A stretch of DNA of 30,790 nt from a virus (taxonomy: Duplodnaviria; Caudoviricetes), in the IMG/VR virus record IMGVR_UViG_3300032320_003436, positions 1 to 30,790 of that record. One strand, given 5' to 3'. The notes beneath the pieces were generated by a model. That model saw only the letters and a list, made by a program, of their open reading frames with translations, searched no databases and was not told the DNA's origin. Both the position numbers and the translations under genes were made by a program. Positions 18,020-26,875 of the stretch are shown in pieces (positions within the stretch are counted from its first letter, which is position 1; each line of letters opens with the position of its first letter).

Positions 18020-18946
18020 TTAGCCCTTTACACTCCTGCTTAGCTGTATACAGCAAGCAGTAAAGTTTATCTCCTGATCTACGCAGAAGGCACATCTATA
18101 AAGATGCTCTGATACAATAAGGATACAATCCTGCTTTGTAATATCTCTTAGATGGCTCTTGTATATAACATCGAGCAAAGCCTTAAGCAAAGATTGATAG
18201 TCATTTTGAAAATCAATCTCATGCTCTATGACAAACTTACGGAGCTCGAGAGGATGATTGAGCCGGGAATATACCTCACTAGCTACCTGGTCGATGTTCT
18301 CAGTCGAAGCGATTTTAAGCTCGCCCGACGCACTAAACTTCTGTAGGACGTTAATAGTCTTGCGAATATCAGGATAGTATCTACGAATAAGGTCTACGAA
18401 TTTAACCTTAGATTCGTCACTTACTGTAATATTTTCCTTCTTTAGAATCTCAAAGCATTTCCTAGCAACATCCTTCAGAGGAGGGTCGATGTTAATCTCT
18501 TGAGTTCTACTTTGTAGCGGCTCAATAATACGATGCTTAAAGTTAGCAGTCAGAATGAATCGAGTATATTGGGAATACTCCTCCATTACATTGCGAAGAG
18601 CTCGCTGACCCTCGCCCGATATACCATCAGCCTCATCGAGGATTACAACTTTGATATTGCCGTCAATACTCTTAGTTTTAGAAAATCCGACGATTTTAGT
18701 TCTTACAGTATCAATACCACTCTCATCGCTCGCATTAATATAGATATATTGACATTTAAGAATATCATTTACAATAATCTTTGCTGTAGAGGTTTTACCA
18801 ATACCAGCAGGTCCTTGTAGGAGTAGATGCGGTATAGATTTATTATCAGCAATGCTGTTAAGTTGGCTTCTCGCGCTTTCGCATAGAACCACCTCATCAA
18901 TAGTTTGCGGGCGATACTTCTCGCACCAGATATCATTTAGTTTCAT
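18020..18946 (-). CDS. gp44: Sliding-clamp loader AAA+ ATPase (RFC small subunit / T4 gp44-like), 308 aa
   Basis: WCEKYRP, Walker A GPAGIGKT, INASDESGIDTVR, Walker B ILDEAD, QRALR..MEEY, LQSR. Start moved from 19015 to the ATG at 18946, 1 nt after the dut stop. Confidence 0.92.
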   Translation of the reverse strand: MKLNDIWCEKYRPQTIDEVVLCESARSQLNSIADNKSIPHLLLQGPAGIGKTSTAKIIVNDILKCQYIYINASDESGIDTVRTKIVGFSKTKSIDGNIKVVILDEADGISGEGQRALRNVMEEYSQYTRFILTANFKHRIIEPLQSRTQEINIDPPLKDVARKCFEILKKENITVSDESKVKFVDLIRRYYPDIRKTINVLQKFSASGELKIASTENIDQVASEVYSRLNHPLELRKFVIEHEIDFQNDYQSLLKALLDVIYKSHLRDITKQDCILIVSEHLYRCAFCVDQEINFTACCIQLSRSVKG

Positions 18947-18947
18947 A

Positions 18948-19421
18948 TTATCTTCCCGAAGAACCGAATCCCTTTTCTCCGCGCGTAGAATCAGATTTAG
19001 TATCTGTAAATTCAATATTCATTTCAATAAGTTTATACCCTACAATCTGAGCGACCTTATCCCCTGCCTTGATCTGATAATCAGTACTTGTTAGATTATA
19101 GAGCTTAACGCCAAGACCTCCTCTATATTGATTATCAATAATACCAAAATGCGGTTGAATTCCGTGTTTAAATCCGAGACCCGACCTACCTTCTATTCGC
19201 AGCCAATATCCTGGCTCTATATATCCTATCTCAAGGCCTACAGGAACAACCGCGCTGTTAATATGCCCTACTCGAGTCCCTGTATTGACCTGAATTCCAG
19301 GAATAAGTACATCCTCTACAGCATATAAATCGTATCCCGTATCTCCGGTCCCATCTAGTGCCGTATTATTCTGTGAGGGTAAAATAGCATTCTCATGCGT
19401 TTTAATAAGTTCTAACTTCAT
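18948..19421 (-). CDS. dut: Trimeric dUTPase (157 aa)
   Basis: All five motifs present: GYDL, GRSGLG, GIIDNQYRG, GDKVAQ, RGEKGFGSSG. Start moved to the ATG at 19421 (MKLELIK). Confidence 0.95.
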   Translation of the reverse strand: MKLELIKTHENAILPSQNNTALDGTGDTGYDLYAVEDVLIPGIQVNTGTRVGHINSAVVPVGLEIGYIEPGYWLRIEGRSGLGFKHGIQPHFGIIDNQYRGGLGVKLYNLTSTDYQIKAGDKVAQIVGYKLIEMNIEFTDTKSDSTRGEKGFGSSGR

Positions 19422-19426
19422 AATAG

Positions 19427-19454
19427 AATATAATATAGTAGTAGTAAAAATCAA
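19427..19454 (-). promoter_or_regulatory. Sigma70-like early promoter for dut and clamp loader
   Basis: On the - strand: TTGATT-N16-TATATT-N5-ATG. Confidence 0.5.
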
Positions 19455-19463
19455 TTTTATTGT

Positions 19464-19469
19464 TAAATA
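19464..19469 (+). promoter_or_regulatory. TAAATA box
   Basis: 6 nt before GTG 19476. Confidence 0.65.
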
Positions 19470-19475
19470 AAAAAT

Positions 19476-19934
19476 GTGGACGATAACTCTGTAGATGATT
19501 TATTAAAACAGCTTTCTGATTTTCCTCGTGAAAAGAAAGTGAGAGATGATGGGTTTGAACTCTCTAATGAAAACTTGGAAGAGTTTCTTTTAAAGTATAC
19601 AGGAAGACTTGTAAAGGATAGTGTGGAGTCTATTGAGAATATGAAAGACTTTATAGACTCAGCCCCTGATGCAGAGAGCACAGAGGCATTAGCGTCCTTG
19701 ATTAAATCCGCTACGTCCTCGATTGATATTCTTCAACGCATAATGACCTCCCGTGAAAAAAATAACTCTTCAAAAGAGATTGCTAAAATGAAGATAGAGA
19801 GTCAGCAGATACAGACGGATAAAGAGATTGGTGCGCGACTATTATTATCGCGAGAAGAAGCAATCAAGGCTCTGATAGAGTCTTCCAATAAGCCTAAGGC
19901 TATTGAGGTGGAGAGTAAAATCGTAGAAGATTGA
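19476..19934 (+). CDS. Putative terminase small subunit, T4 gp16-like (152 aa, GTG start)
   Basis: Helical pattern ...DSAPDAESTEALASLIKSATSSIDILQRI...LLLSREEAIKAL parallels gp16 (E.PRAYEV...LIK...D.L; F.GST.EL..LL). Size fits; TAAATA 6 nt upstream. Confidence 0.5.
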   Translation: MDDNSVDDLLKQLSDFPREKKVRDDGFELSNENLEEFLLKYTGRLVKDSVESIENMKDFIDSAPDAESTEALASLIKSATSSIDILQRIMTSREKNNSSKEIAKMKIESQQIQTDKEIGARLLLSREEAIKALIESSNKPKAIEVESKIVED

Positions 19935-19961
19935 TTGATTTGTCTTTCGTTATATTGTGCT

Positions 19962-20903
19962 CTATCTATTAAAAGCCTCCGGGAATTGTGCCTGCGCGGC
20001 ATCCCCTAAGGCGGCAGTTCTATCTGCCGACGCGGCGGCCGCCTCCAGCAGCGACGCGCGCTGTTGCGGTGGAGTCATATTTTCATATCCTTCAATAGTT
20101 ACGTTGCCAAAAGTTTTTGCCGAAGAGCTATTTTTATTGATAATATATTCTGGTTTTATATCCTCCCGCTGCTCAGTATCATACGGCCTATGGTAAAGCT
20201 TATATTGAAAAATCCGCCATAAATCTCCAAATTCTCGCGCGAGTTGTTGAAGGATCGTCGGCGCTGCTTTCTCCCAAGTCTCGCGCGGTTTCAACGTAGG
20301 TGAGATATTTCTCCACATGTTATGAGCTGTCGGGCCCGTAAGCTTCTCCACGTACTTATCATACGTCTCGCGCGTGGGTTGAGATCTTATAGCTACCTCG
20401 TTAGTAAGCCTTACTAGTTCAACAGTATTGCGCAAGTTCGCGGGCGATATTTTATTAGCCATTCGTTCCGACATTCCAAGCCCTACTGGCTGCTCTCTAC
20501 CAGGAGCCGGCACTAGAGAGGAATTTGTATTATATTGGCTTAATCTCGCTAAAAATCCAACCTTATCGGAGCATCCATCTTTTCGAAAATAATTATTTTC
20601 TTGAGGGGTGTTCTGTATCACATAATCCTGAATAGACTCGGGCAGCGTTCTAAATTTGTCAACAAAAAATAGTATCACGCTAGGCAATAAATTTGTTCCA
20701 TTTCTAATTAAGTAATTTGCAAATGTAAGTGCTTGTTGATACGGGTTTATAGCCCCGTTAATGCCTAAAAATAATCTACTAAGATCTATTATAAAATCAT
20801 CAGCAGGCTCGAGGTTATTATCAAAATTCTCTTTGATATATTCTTTAGTGTATCCCTTCGAGTAAAGAGATGGTCTATTTGTGTTTATTCTATCAGTATT
20901 CAT
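19962..20903 (-). CDS. Hypothetical protein in baseplate-hub operon (313 aa)
   Basis: Long ORF starting 1 nt after the hub gene stop. No motif recognised. Confidence 0.6.
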   Translation of the reverse strand: MNTDRINTNRPSLYSKGYTKEYIKENFDNNLEPADDFIIDLSRLFLGINGAINPYQQALTFANYLIRNGTNLLPSVILFFVDKFRTLPESIQDYVIQNTPQENNYFRKDGCSDKVGFLARLSQYNTNSSLVPAPGREQPVGLGMSERMANKISPANLRNTVELVRLTNEVAIRSQPTRETYDKYVEKLTGPTAHNMWRNISPTLKPRETWEKAAPTILQQLAREFGDLWRIFQYKLYHRPYDTEQREDIKPEYIINKNSSSAKTFGNVTIEGYENMTPPQQRASLLEAAAASADRTAALGDAAQAQFPEAFNR

Positions 20904-20904
20904 T

Positions 20905-22386
20905 TTAACAGTTTCTATAAGTTTTAATACAGCTGAGGCTATTCCAATATTTATCTCTTGTAATTATATGAGTGCATTCCGTAACAAGCCATCTCCCAGG
21001 AATCTTTACAAATTTTAACGTTATATTAGTATCTCTTAGATCAATATCTATAAATTTCCCAATGGTCCTATGAGGAGACCCTCTAAGCGATAAAGTACAT
21101 TGCAGGCCCTTAAATAGTAACGCGCTCAATATACTCGCATTCACCTCTACATCATAAGCGTGCTCCCAAGATTTATACGGGGTATGAATCACTTTATTAT
21201 ATTGTGTAGTTAATTTGTGTCTAACGCTGTCGCGAATTATCATCGGAAAAGGTCTGCCCCCTTCTATTAATGTACCGAACGGGTCGTCTATATAATATTT
21301 TTTATATAAATCATAAATATTTAAAATATCTCTTTCCCCGAGATTATACCGGGTAATATTTTCATAATCAGTAATTGCGGGTATGTTTATAGTTATGTCT
21401 TTTTCTAAATTTTCCGCACTTAAATCATATAATTTAAAAGATCTAATATTGGATAAATCTACTAAAGAATCTCCTTTATTAATTTTAGGTCTTTTAATAT
21501 TAGATGGAGGTTCAATATATTGTTTTTGTCTATTGGTTGATTCTGAATCGCTATAATGACCAAACAATAGGGTTTCCATAAAATAGCTTTCTGGTAACTC
21601 TATATTTTTTCTTAAAAGAGCGGCCATAGAGATTAAAGATAGATCTTTAGTTTTTTCTCCCCTGTTATACTTTAAGTAACATTTATCATTTGGCGGAGCT
21701 TCACTAACATGTCTTTGGTACACCTTTTGAATAGAATCATATAAAGTTTCCGTTCCAGGGCACCAATTAGGGAACATTGTATTTTTGCCCTGATCCCATT
21801 CGAATGGGTTAATTTTAAAGTTAGCTCCTCTGAATTGAGGGTCCCTATCGCCTAGAAGTTTTTCTAATATTATCCCTGTCTTTACTGCGCGCTGATTATC
21901 CGATAAACTAGATATATCCCCTCCCCCCAAAAAATCTCCCACTGTAAATGAATTTTTTTTAATTCTAAGCTCGTTAGCTAAAATATGTCTAAAGTATATC
22001 TTTTTGGATCCTACTGGATGTTCTCCTGACGGAAGATCTTCAACTTTGTATATAGAAAAAATTTCCTCTATGTTAAAATCTCTATCCGGGCCCATATCTT
22101 CAATTTTGCCATTTGGCCTAATATGGACCGGTCTCATCTTAACGTACAGAAGGTTTGTAAAATTATCTCCGTAAAATACAAGGCCACTATCTACGCCTGA
22201 TCCTATGTTATCTATTATTAATATACCCTCTGGAAATGCATTAAAAATAGATTCCTTAATTTCCAGGTGTATTATACTACTCTGCCGAATACTCAGTACA
22301 GTTTCGCTGCCCGCACTAATAGAGCACTCAAATTTGAATGGTCTCTCATCAAAATAAGATATGTTTCTAGGCGCAGTAGGGGGCAT
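20905..22386 (-). CDS. Baseplate hub protein, T4 gp27 / P2 gpD-like (493 aa)
   Basis: N-terminal LEIKESIFNAFPEGILIIDN and C-terminal LRGSPHRTIGKFIDI...GRWLVTECTHII...Y.N.L..IK are typical of hub proteins. Follows gp53. Confidence 0.7.
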   Translation of the reverse strand: MPPTAPRNISYFDERPFKFECSISAGSETVLSIRQSSIIHLEIKESIFNAFPEGILIIDNIGSGVDSGLVFYGDNFTNLLYVKMRPVHIRPNGKIEDMGPDRDFNIEEIFSIYKVEDLPSGEHPVGSKKIYFRHILANELRIKKNSFTVGDFLGGGDISSLSDNQRAVKTGIILEKLLGDRDPQFRGANFKINPFEWDQGKNTMFPNWCPGTETLYDSIQKVYQRHVSEAPPNDKCYLKYNRGEKTKDLSLISMAALLRKNIELPESYFMETLLFGHYSDSESTNRQKQYIEPPSNIKRPKINKGDSLVDLSNIRSFKLYDLSAENLEKDITINIPAITDYENITRYNLGERDILNIYDLYKKYYIDDPFGTLIEGGRPFPMIIRDSVRHKLTTQYNKVIHTPYKSWEHAYDVEVNASILSALLFKGLQCTLSLRGSPHRTIGKFIDIDLRDTNITLKFVKIPGRWLVTECTHIITRDKYWNSLSCIKTYRNC

Positions 22387-22391
22387 AACCG

Positions 22392-22763
22392 TTATTTAGT
22401 TAATTCTCCAAGAATTTGATCCACATATTCGTTCTTTATTATACGAAAGGTATCCCCCATCTTAGGCAGAATAATTGGATTGTTTATTTTATTAGCAGCT
22501 AAAATTAGCCACCATAGATGCTGAGTTCCATACTCCTGATAGCTTATAGCTGTCCAGGGTAATCGACACCCCAAAGTTATATATTTAAAAACATCCGGGT
22601 TAGTATTATCCAAATCTATATTTATCTTTTTGGCTAAATTATAAAAATAATATTTTTTACCATCCTTTGCAGTTTCATATATATTAAAAATATTTTCGTA
22701 CCGATCTACTGATAGGGCAGGTATATTGTTTACACTATTTTGTCTTAGTTGGTTTAATGTCAT
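22392..22763 (-). CDS. gp53: Baseplate wedge protein, T4 gp53 / LysM-like (123 aa)
   Basis: WTAISYQEYGTQHLWWLILAANKINNP...G..+RI signature. Confidence 0.85.
   Translation of the reverse strand: MTLNQLRQNSVNNIPALSVDRYENIFNIYETAKDGKKYYFYNLAKKINIDLDNTNPDVFKYITLGCRLPWTAISYQEYGTQHLWWLILAANKINNPIILPKMGDTFRIIKNEYVDQILGELTK
22393..22398 (-). promoter_or_regulatory. TAAATA box
   Basis: 6 nt before ATG 22386. Confidence 0.65.
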
Positions 22764-22764
22764 A

Positions 22765-22770
22765 TATTTA
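22765..22770 (-). promoter_or_regulatory. TAAATA box (atypical spacing)
   Basis: Only 1 nt before ATG 22763. Confidence 0.35.
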
Positions 22771-23919
22771 TTAAGCTGGGGGTTTCTCTAAAGCTTTGAA
22801 CATAAAGTTTGATGAATCCGTCGTTAAGCTATTAACTGTTATATTAATATTATATGCTTCCGGGATAATAATATCGACTTTGGCCTTTGATCCGGGATGC
22901 ACCATTTCAACTCTTCTACGGTTACCTAAATATTCAATCCTTATATCCTCTAAAGCGGCAAATAGCATGTATTTAATACCTGGTATCCACACCTCGTATA
23001 TACAAGGCGGTGTAATGTCTGCTATATTAGAACGTACAGCTGTGTTTTGAAAGCATAATAGCCAAACTAAATCAAAGTTTTTTTGAATATCTTTTTCATC
23101 TAAAGTATTTAGTAGGGGAAAGCTAAACGTTATAGGTTCAGATTGCCTCGACGGGCTAAAATATTTGCTTCTTTCAACATATGACCCTTGATCCAATAGA
23201 GGGCCTATTAATGGCGCACCGGTGCCTGCTTCCGCTACAAACTTAACTTGGTCTTCTACTATTGATGCAGCTCCCGTTGCTCCGGTTCTTGAGTTTTCGC
23301 CTCCCGCGAAACTCTTACTCCAATTTCTTTTTTTATCTATTATCTTTTCAACAAAGAAGGGTAGTTTATATTCAAAAAGAGTGGGTTCAACGCTATATAG
23401 CTTTAAAAATGGTGTGAGATAATCGTCTTTAGTTGTATTGATGGGATCCGAAACCGCTAACCCGAGACCAGAGCCTGTTATATCAGTGACGCCCTCGGAT
23501 ATAAATCCCCGCAACCTTTGAGCTACACCAGGGCTAAAAATATTTATTAATTGCCCAATTGGTAATTGAACTGCTACCTCCGCTTGTGCGGCCGCTCCCT
23601 CAGAGATTGTCTGTAAATTGTATAAAAGTTGACTTAGTAGGGTACTTTTATTAACAAAGTACTCTCTTAAATAAATATAGGGATGTTCAATTATGTTATT
23701 ATTTGGGGATGTTTTCCAGTTATAATCATTAACGACATCATTTATAGTAGAGTTGCCGCCTGGCGATTTTAAAACCTCGCTACTAACGGTTAACAGCTTG
23801 TTAGCTGCTACCGTGGGGTTGCTAGCAATTCGATTTAGCCGATTAATACCAAACGTTTTTAGCCGCTTATTGGGTATCGCTCTTAATCTCTTGTTCGTAT
23901 CTTGTATTACAGTATACAT
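22771..23919 (-). CDS. Baseplate tail-tube junction/cap protein, gp48-like, paralog B (382 aa)
   Basis: ITFSFPLLNT...PPCIYEV.IPG..Y...A.+EDIRIEYLG...IPEAYNINITV.SL (tube-initiator fold). Directly upstream of gp53. Confidence 0.6.
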   Translation of the reverse strand: MYTVIQDTNKRLRAIPNKRLKTFGINRLNRIASNPTVAANKLLTVSSEVLKSPGGNSTINDVVNDYNWKTSPNNNIIEHPYIYLREYFVNKSTLLSQLLYNLQTISEGAAAQAEVAVQLPIGQLINIFSPGVAQRLRGFISEGVTDITGSGLGLAVSDPINTTKDDYLTPFLKLYSVEPTLFEYKLPFFVEKIIDKKRNWSKSFAGGENSRTGATGAASIVEDQVKFVAEAGTGAPLIGPLLDQGSYVERSKYFSPSRQSEPITFSFPLLNTLDEKDIQKNFDLVWLLCFQNTAVRSNIADITPPCIYEVWIPGIKYMLFAALEDIRIEYLGNRRRVEMVHPGSKAKVDIIIPEAYNINITVNSLTTDSSNFMFKALEKPPA

Positions 23920-23920
23920 A

Positions 23921-25150
23921 TTAGGATAGCGGCTGCCGGAATTGCCCTTCTTGATCGGCTAGGTATTGTACGTCTCCAAACGTGTTCGAGCCAGATCTAT
24001 ACATAAAGTTAGCTGTTTCTTCGTGTAGGCCTCTTATGGTTATGGTAATATTATATGCTTCAGGAATTATTGTTTTAACATTAATAAGCCCTGCTATACT
24101 CGGGGTCTGCACTGTGGTCATCCGGCGAACCCCTAAAAAATTAACTTCTAAATTACTTATATGAGCATATTTCATATACCGAATTCCGGGTATTAACACT
24201 TCATATATGCAAGGAGGTATAAATGCCGCTCTATCCTTTCTATACATGCTATTTTGAAATACTAAAAGGAATATTAATTGAAAATTCTGGTTAATTTGCT
24301 CCTGGCTTTGGGTATTGAGCAGCGGGAAAGAGAATTTTATTTCCTCTAAATTTTCTCCAAATTCATAAAATTGAGATTTTTCTATATAAAGACCTGGCTC
24401 GGCAAAGGCTCTAAGTCCCTGGGAGTGATTTAAAGTCATATTTTCAATAATTTGTAAATCTTCCATTACAAACTGCTTCTGGCTTTCGCCGGAATAAGTA
24501 TCGGAGTACATCGATCCCTTACGAAAGATTTCCTTTTCAAAAAAGGGAAATATATAGTCAAATCCGGTAGAGGTTAAATCATATAGGCCTTCGTATGGGT
24601 CCTTAAGTGTTGCAACACGTAGATCGGGTAGTTTGAGCCCAGTAAAACGCTCGGCAAATCTATTTACTGTACTAAAAAGGGTATTATCTGGAAGGGACTC
24701 GACTGACTCTTGAACGGATCTTAATGTTCTTTCTACCCACGTACCTGACCCGAATACATCTTCCACGGCTTCCGCGGGCCGAGCATAAAATCTATAAAAA
24801 GTAAAATATAAAAATTGTATCCATAGGGTGCTGCCATCAAGTCTATATTCCTTTAAATGTATAAACGGTAATTTTATTAGGGAATTATAAATATTATTTA
24901 AGACAGGGGTTTGTGCCCAGCTATCATAATTATTTAGCAAATTAATAGTTTGAGTACCGGTCTTATTGCTAGTAGTTTCTGATTTAACCAGGCCTGGGGA
25001 GGAAGGTCGCACGGTAGGGCCACGCCGCTCGGCGCGGATAAAATTTTGATTTGCAGGCTGTACTTGTTTTCCCGGTCTAAGTATGTAGCCGGGTGCCGTT
25101 TGGCCAAACCCGACCCGGGAAGTTATTTTGCCTATATGAAAAATACTCAT
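23921..25150 (-). CDS. Baseplate tail-tube junction/cap protein, gp48-like, paralog A (409 aa)
   Basis: Same motif set as its neighbour: FSFPLLNT, FQN, PPCIYEV.IPGI, IIPEAYNI.IT, NFM. Confidence 0.6.
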   Translation of the reverse strand: MSIFHIGKITSRVGFGQTAPGYILRPGKQVQPANQNFIRAERRGPTVRPSSPGLVKSETTSNKTGTQTINLLNNYDSWAQTPVLNNIYNSLIKLPFIHLKEYRLDGSTLWIQFLYFTFYRFYARPAEAVEDVFGSGTWVERTLRSVQESVESLPDNTLFSTVNRFAERFTGLKLPDLRVATLKDPYEGLYDLTSTGFDYIFPFFEKEIFRKGSMYSDTYSGESQKQFVMEDLQIIENMTLNHSQGLRAFAEPGLYIEKSQFYEFGENLEEIKFSFPLLNTQSQEQINQNFQLIFLLVFQNSMYRKDRAAFIPPCIYEVLIPGIRYMKYAHISNLEVNFLGVRRMTTVQTPSIAGLINVKTIIPEAYNITITIRGLHEETANFMYRSGSNTFGDVQYLADQEGQFRQPLS

Positions 25151-25151
25151 A

Positions 25152-26864
25152 TTAAATTACTTGGCCAACATTATTTATATTAAGCATTGTTTCTCCGACA
25201 GGGGTATAAAAGGCTCCCGCGCGAGGAGGCTCTCCCATACTGTACGATTGAGGATTAGCAGCAGCCATATTAATTTGCTGCGAGGGTATTCCGATTTTAT
25301 TAGCTATTTTGGATAGTAATTGGGTTTGAGCTTTAAGTTCTTCTAAATTTACTCTACTATATGTATCATCTCGATTTGGCGGCTGCACATTTAGGGTAGG
25401 GGCTGGCTTCTCGGCAATCGGGGGTAAAATAGAAATTTGAGGACTCTCCATTACGGGCTGGTCTCTAGCTTCAATTAGATTGTCAGATATTAATCCGCGG
25501 ATTAATATCTGCGAGTTTATAGCTTCTTTTTCTAAAAATTTTAGTATCGGGTCAGTTTCTAATGAACCAGCTGCCTCTATAGGAGGTATATTAATAGTTG
25601 GGGTGACAATAAAGCTCGGAGGGACACTCGGGGGAGTCTGTATTGTGTTATATATTTTTACATTAGATATTGCATCTAATATAGGGTCTATACCGAACGG
25701 TATGGGCGGCTCTGGCGCGAAAGATTTAAATGCCGTATTTGATATATTATTATCTAAATTATTATTGGGTATATAAGGGGCAGAATCTACATTTATATTC
25801 GGGGATACAAATATATCTGGAGGGATTGGAGAAATATCTATTATTGGCTGCGCCGCGGGCTTTGCAACTAAATTTTCTATAAAGCTTAAATCCACCTCCG
25901 GGGCAATAGCTGGCGCTGATACTATTTCCGGAATATTTATATCCGGTATAACGACTGATACTGGCGCCATTTCCGGAATATTTATATCTGGTATAACGAC
26001 CGGCGCTGATACCATTTCCGGGAGCACAATAACTGGCGAAGATACTATTTCTGGAATATTTATATCCGGTATAACGACCGGCGCTGATACTATTTCTGGA
26101 ATATTTATATCCGGTATAACGACTGGCGAAGATACCATTTCCGGAATATTTATATCTGGTATAACGACTGGCGCGGATACTATTTCCGGGATATTTATAT
26201 CTGGTATAACGACTGGCGCGGATACTATTTCCGGAATATTTATATCTGGTATAACGACTGGCGCGGATACTATTTCCGGAATATTTAGCGGAGGAGAATC
26301 ATCAGGTACGTTTACATTTACTATCGATTCAATAGATGGCTTGGGAAGGCTTTTTACTATACCCTCTATATCTATATTTGAAATACTTTTTACTGCGCTT
26401 GCAAGTTGCTCAGTATCCACTTGCTGAGTTGTAATTATCGGCTTATTTATGGCAGAAAACTCCTCTATAAAAGGGGTAATATTTAAGGAGACGGGACCCT
26501 CTGGGGAAGCATTTGTAATCGTTGTTGTAACATTTTCTACTGGAGCGGGTATCTCTCTAACAGTTTCTTTCTCAAACCTAAAGTTTTCATTTACTTCCTT
26601 CGAGATTATGGGAGGCTTACTGGGAGGAATAGATTTAAGCTGGGTATTGGTAAATATCTTAGCTATCGAGTTCCACCCCTTGTCTCCCTCGCTTACCTCG
26701 CCTATTTCTACAGGTAAATTAATATTAGGGCTTACTCTCGTTTTCTCGGCGTTGTATCTTAAATCCCGTCCCGTAGAGAGATTATTCGGGAGACCTACTG
26801 TCTCGTTAAGATTATTAACGAGAGTTGCAATTGCAGCAATTAAGTTGTTAACTTCTGGAGGCAC
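25152..26864 (-). CDS. Pro/Ile/Val-rich repeat protein; candidate tape-measure (gp29-position) protein (570 aa, GTG start)
   Basis: Lies between gp26-like and gp48-like genes. Contains 15-aa tandem repeats; TAAATA 5 nt upstream. Confidence 0.5.
   Translation of the reverse strand: MPPEVNNLIAAIATLVNNLNETVGLPNNLSTGRDLRYNAEKTRVSPNINLPVEIGEVSEGDKGWNSIAKIFTNTQLKSIPPSKPPIISKEVNENFRFEKETVREIPAPVENVTTTITNASPEGPVSLNITPFIEEFSAINKPIITTQQVDTEQLASAVKSISNIDIEGIVKSLPKPSIESIVNVNVPDDSPPLNIPEIVSAPVVIPDINIPEIVSAPVVIPDINIPEIVSAPVVIPDINIPEMVSSPVVIPDINIPEIVSAPVVIPDINIPEIVSSPVIVLPEMVSAPVVIPDINIPEMAPVSVVIPDINIPEIVSAPAIAPEVDLSFIENLVAKPAAQPIIDISPIPPDIFVSPNINVDSAPYIPNNNLDNNISNTAFKSFAPEPPIPFGIDPILDAISNVKIYNTIQTPPSVPPSFIVTPTINIPPIEAAGSLETDPILKFLEKEAINSQILIRGLISDNLIEARDQPVMESPQISILPPIAEKPAPTLNVQPPNRDDTYSRVNLEELKAQTQLLSKIANKIGIPSQQINMAAANPQSYSMGEPPRAGAFYTPVGETMLNINNVGQVI
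25911..26285 (-). repeat. 45-bp coding tandem repeat (IPEIVSAPVVIPDIN), about 7 full and 2 partial units
   Basis: Near-identical units gatactatttccggaatatttatatctggtataacgactggcgcg on the + strand. Confidence 0.95.
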
Positions 26865-26869
26865 ATATA

Positions 26870-26875
26870 TATTTA
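26870..26875 (-). promoter_or_regulatory. TAAATA box
   Basis: 5 nt before GTG 26864; overlaps the gp26 stop. Confidence 0.65.

Noticed and set aside
18006-18022. Inverted repeat TAAATTAA-C-TTAATTTA between convergent genes as a terminator
   Set aside because: The stem is all A/T with a 1-nt loop and no U-tract, too weak to call.
18020-18946. Archaeal or eukaryotic (NCLDV) origin suggested by the RFC-like gene and TATA-like boxes
   Set aside because: T4-like phages encode the same ATPase family, the boxes sit at -10-type spacing rather than about 25 nt upstream, and RmlB looks bacterial.
18946-19454. Track start sites 19015 (clamp loader) and 19454 (dut)
   Set aside because: The ATGs at 18946 and 19421 remove the overlap, match family N-termini and fit the coupling and promoter geometry. 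The TTG at 19454 is the putative -35 box.
25911-26285. 45-bp repeats as a CRISPR array
   Set aside because: The units are contiguous with no unique spacers, are a multiple of 3 and encode an in-frame peptide repeat. No cas genes are present.
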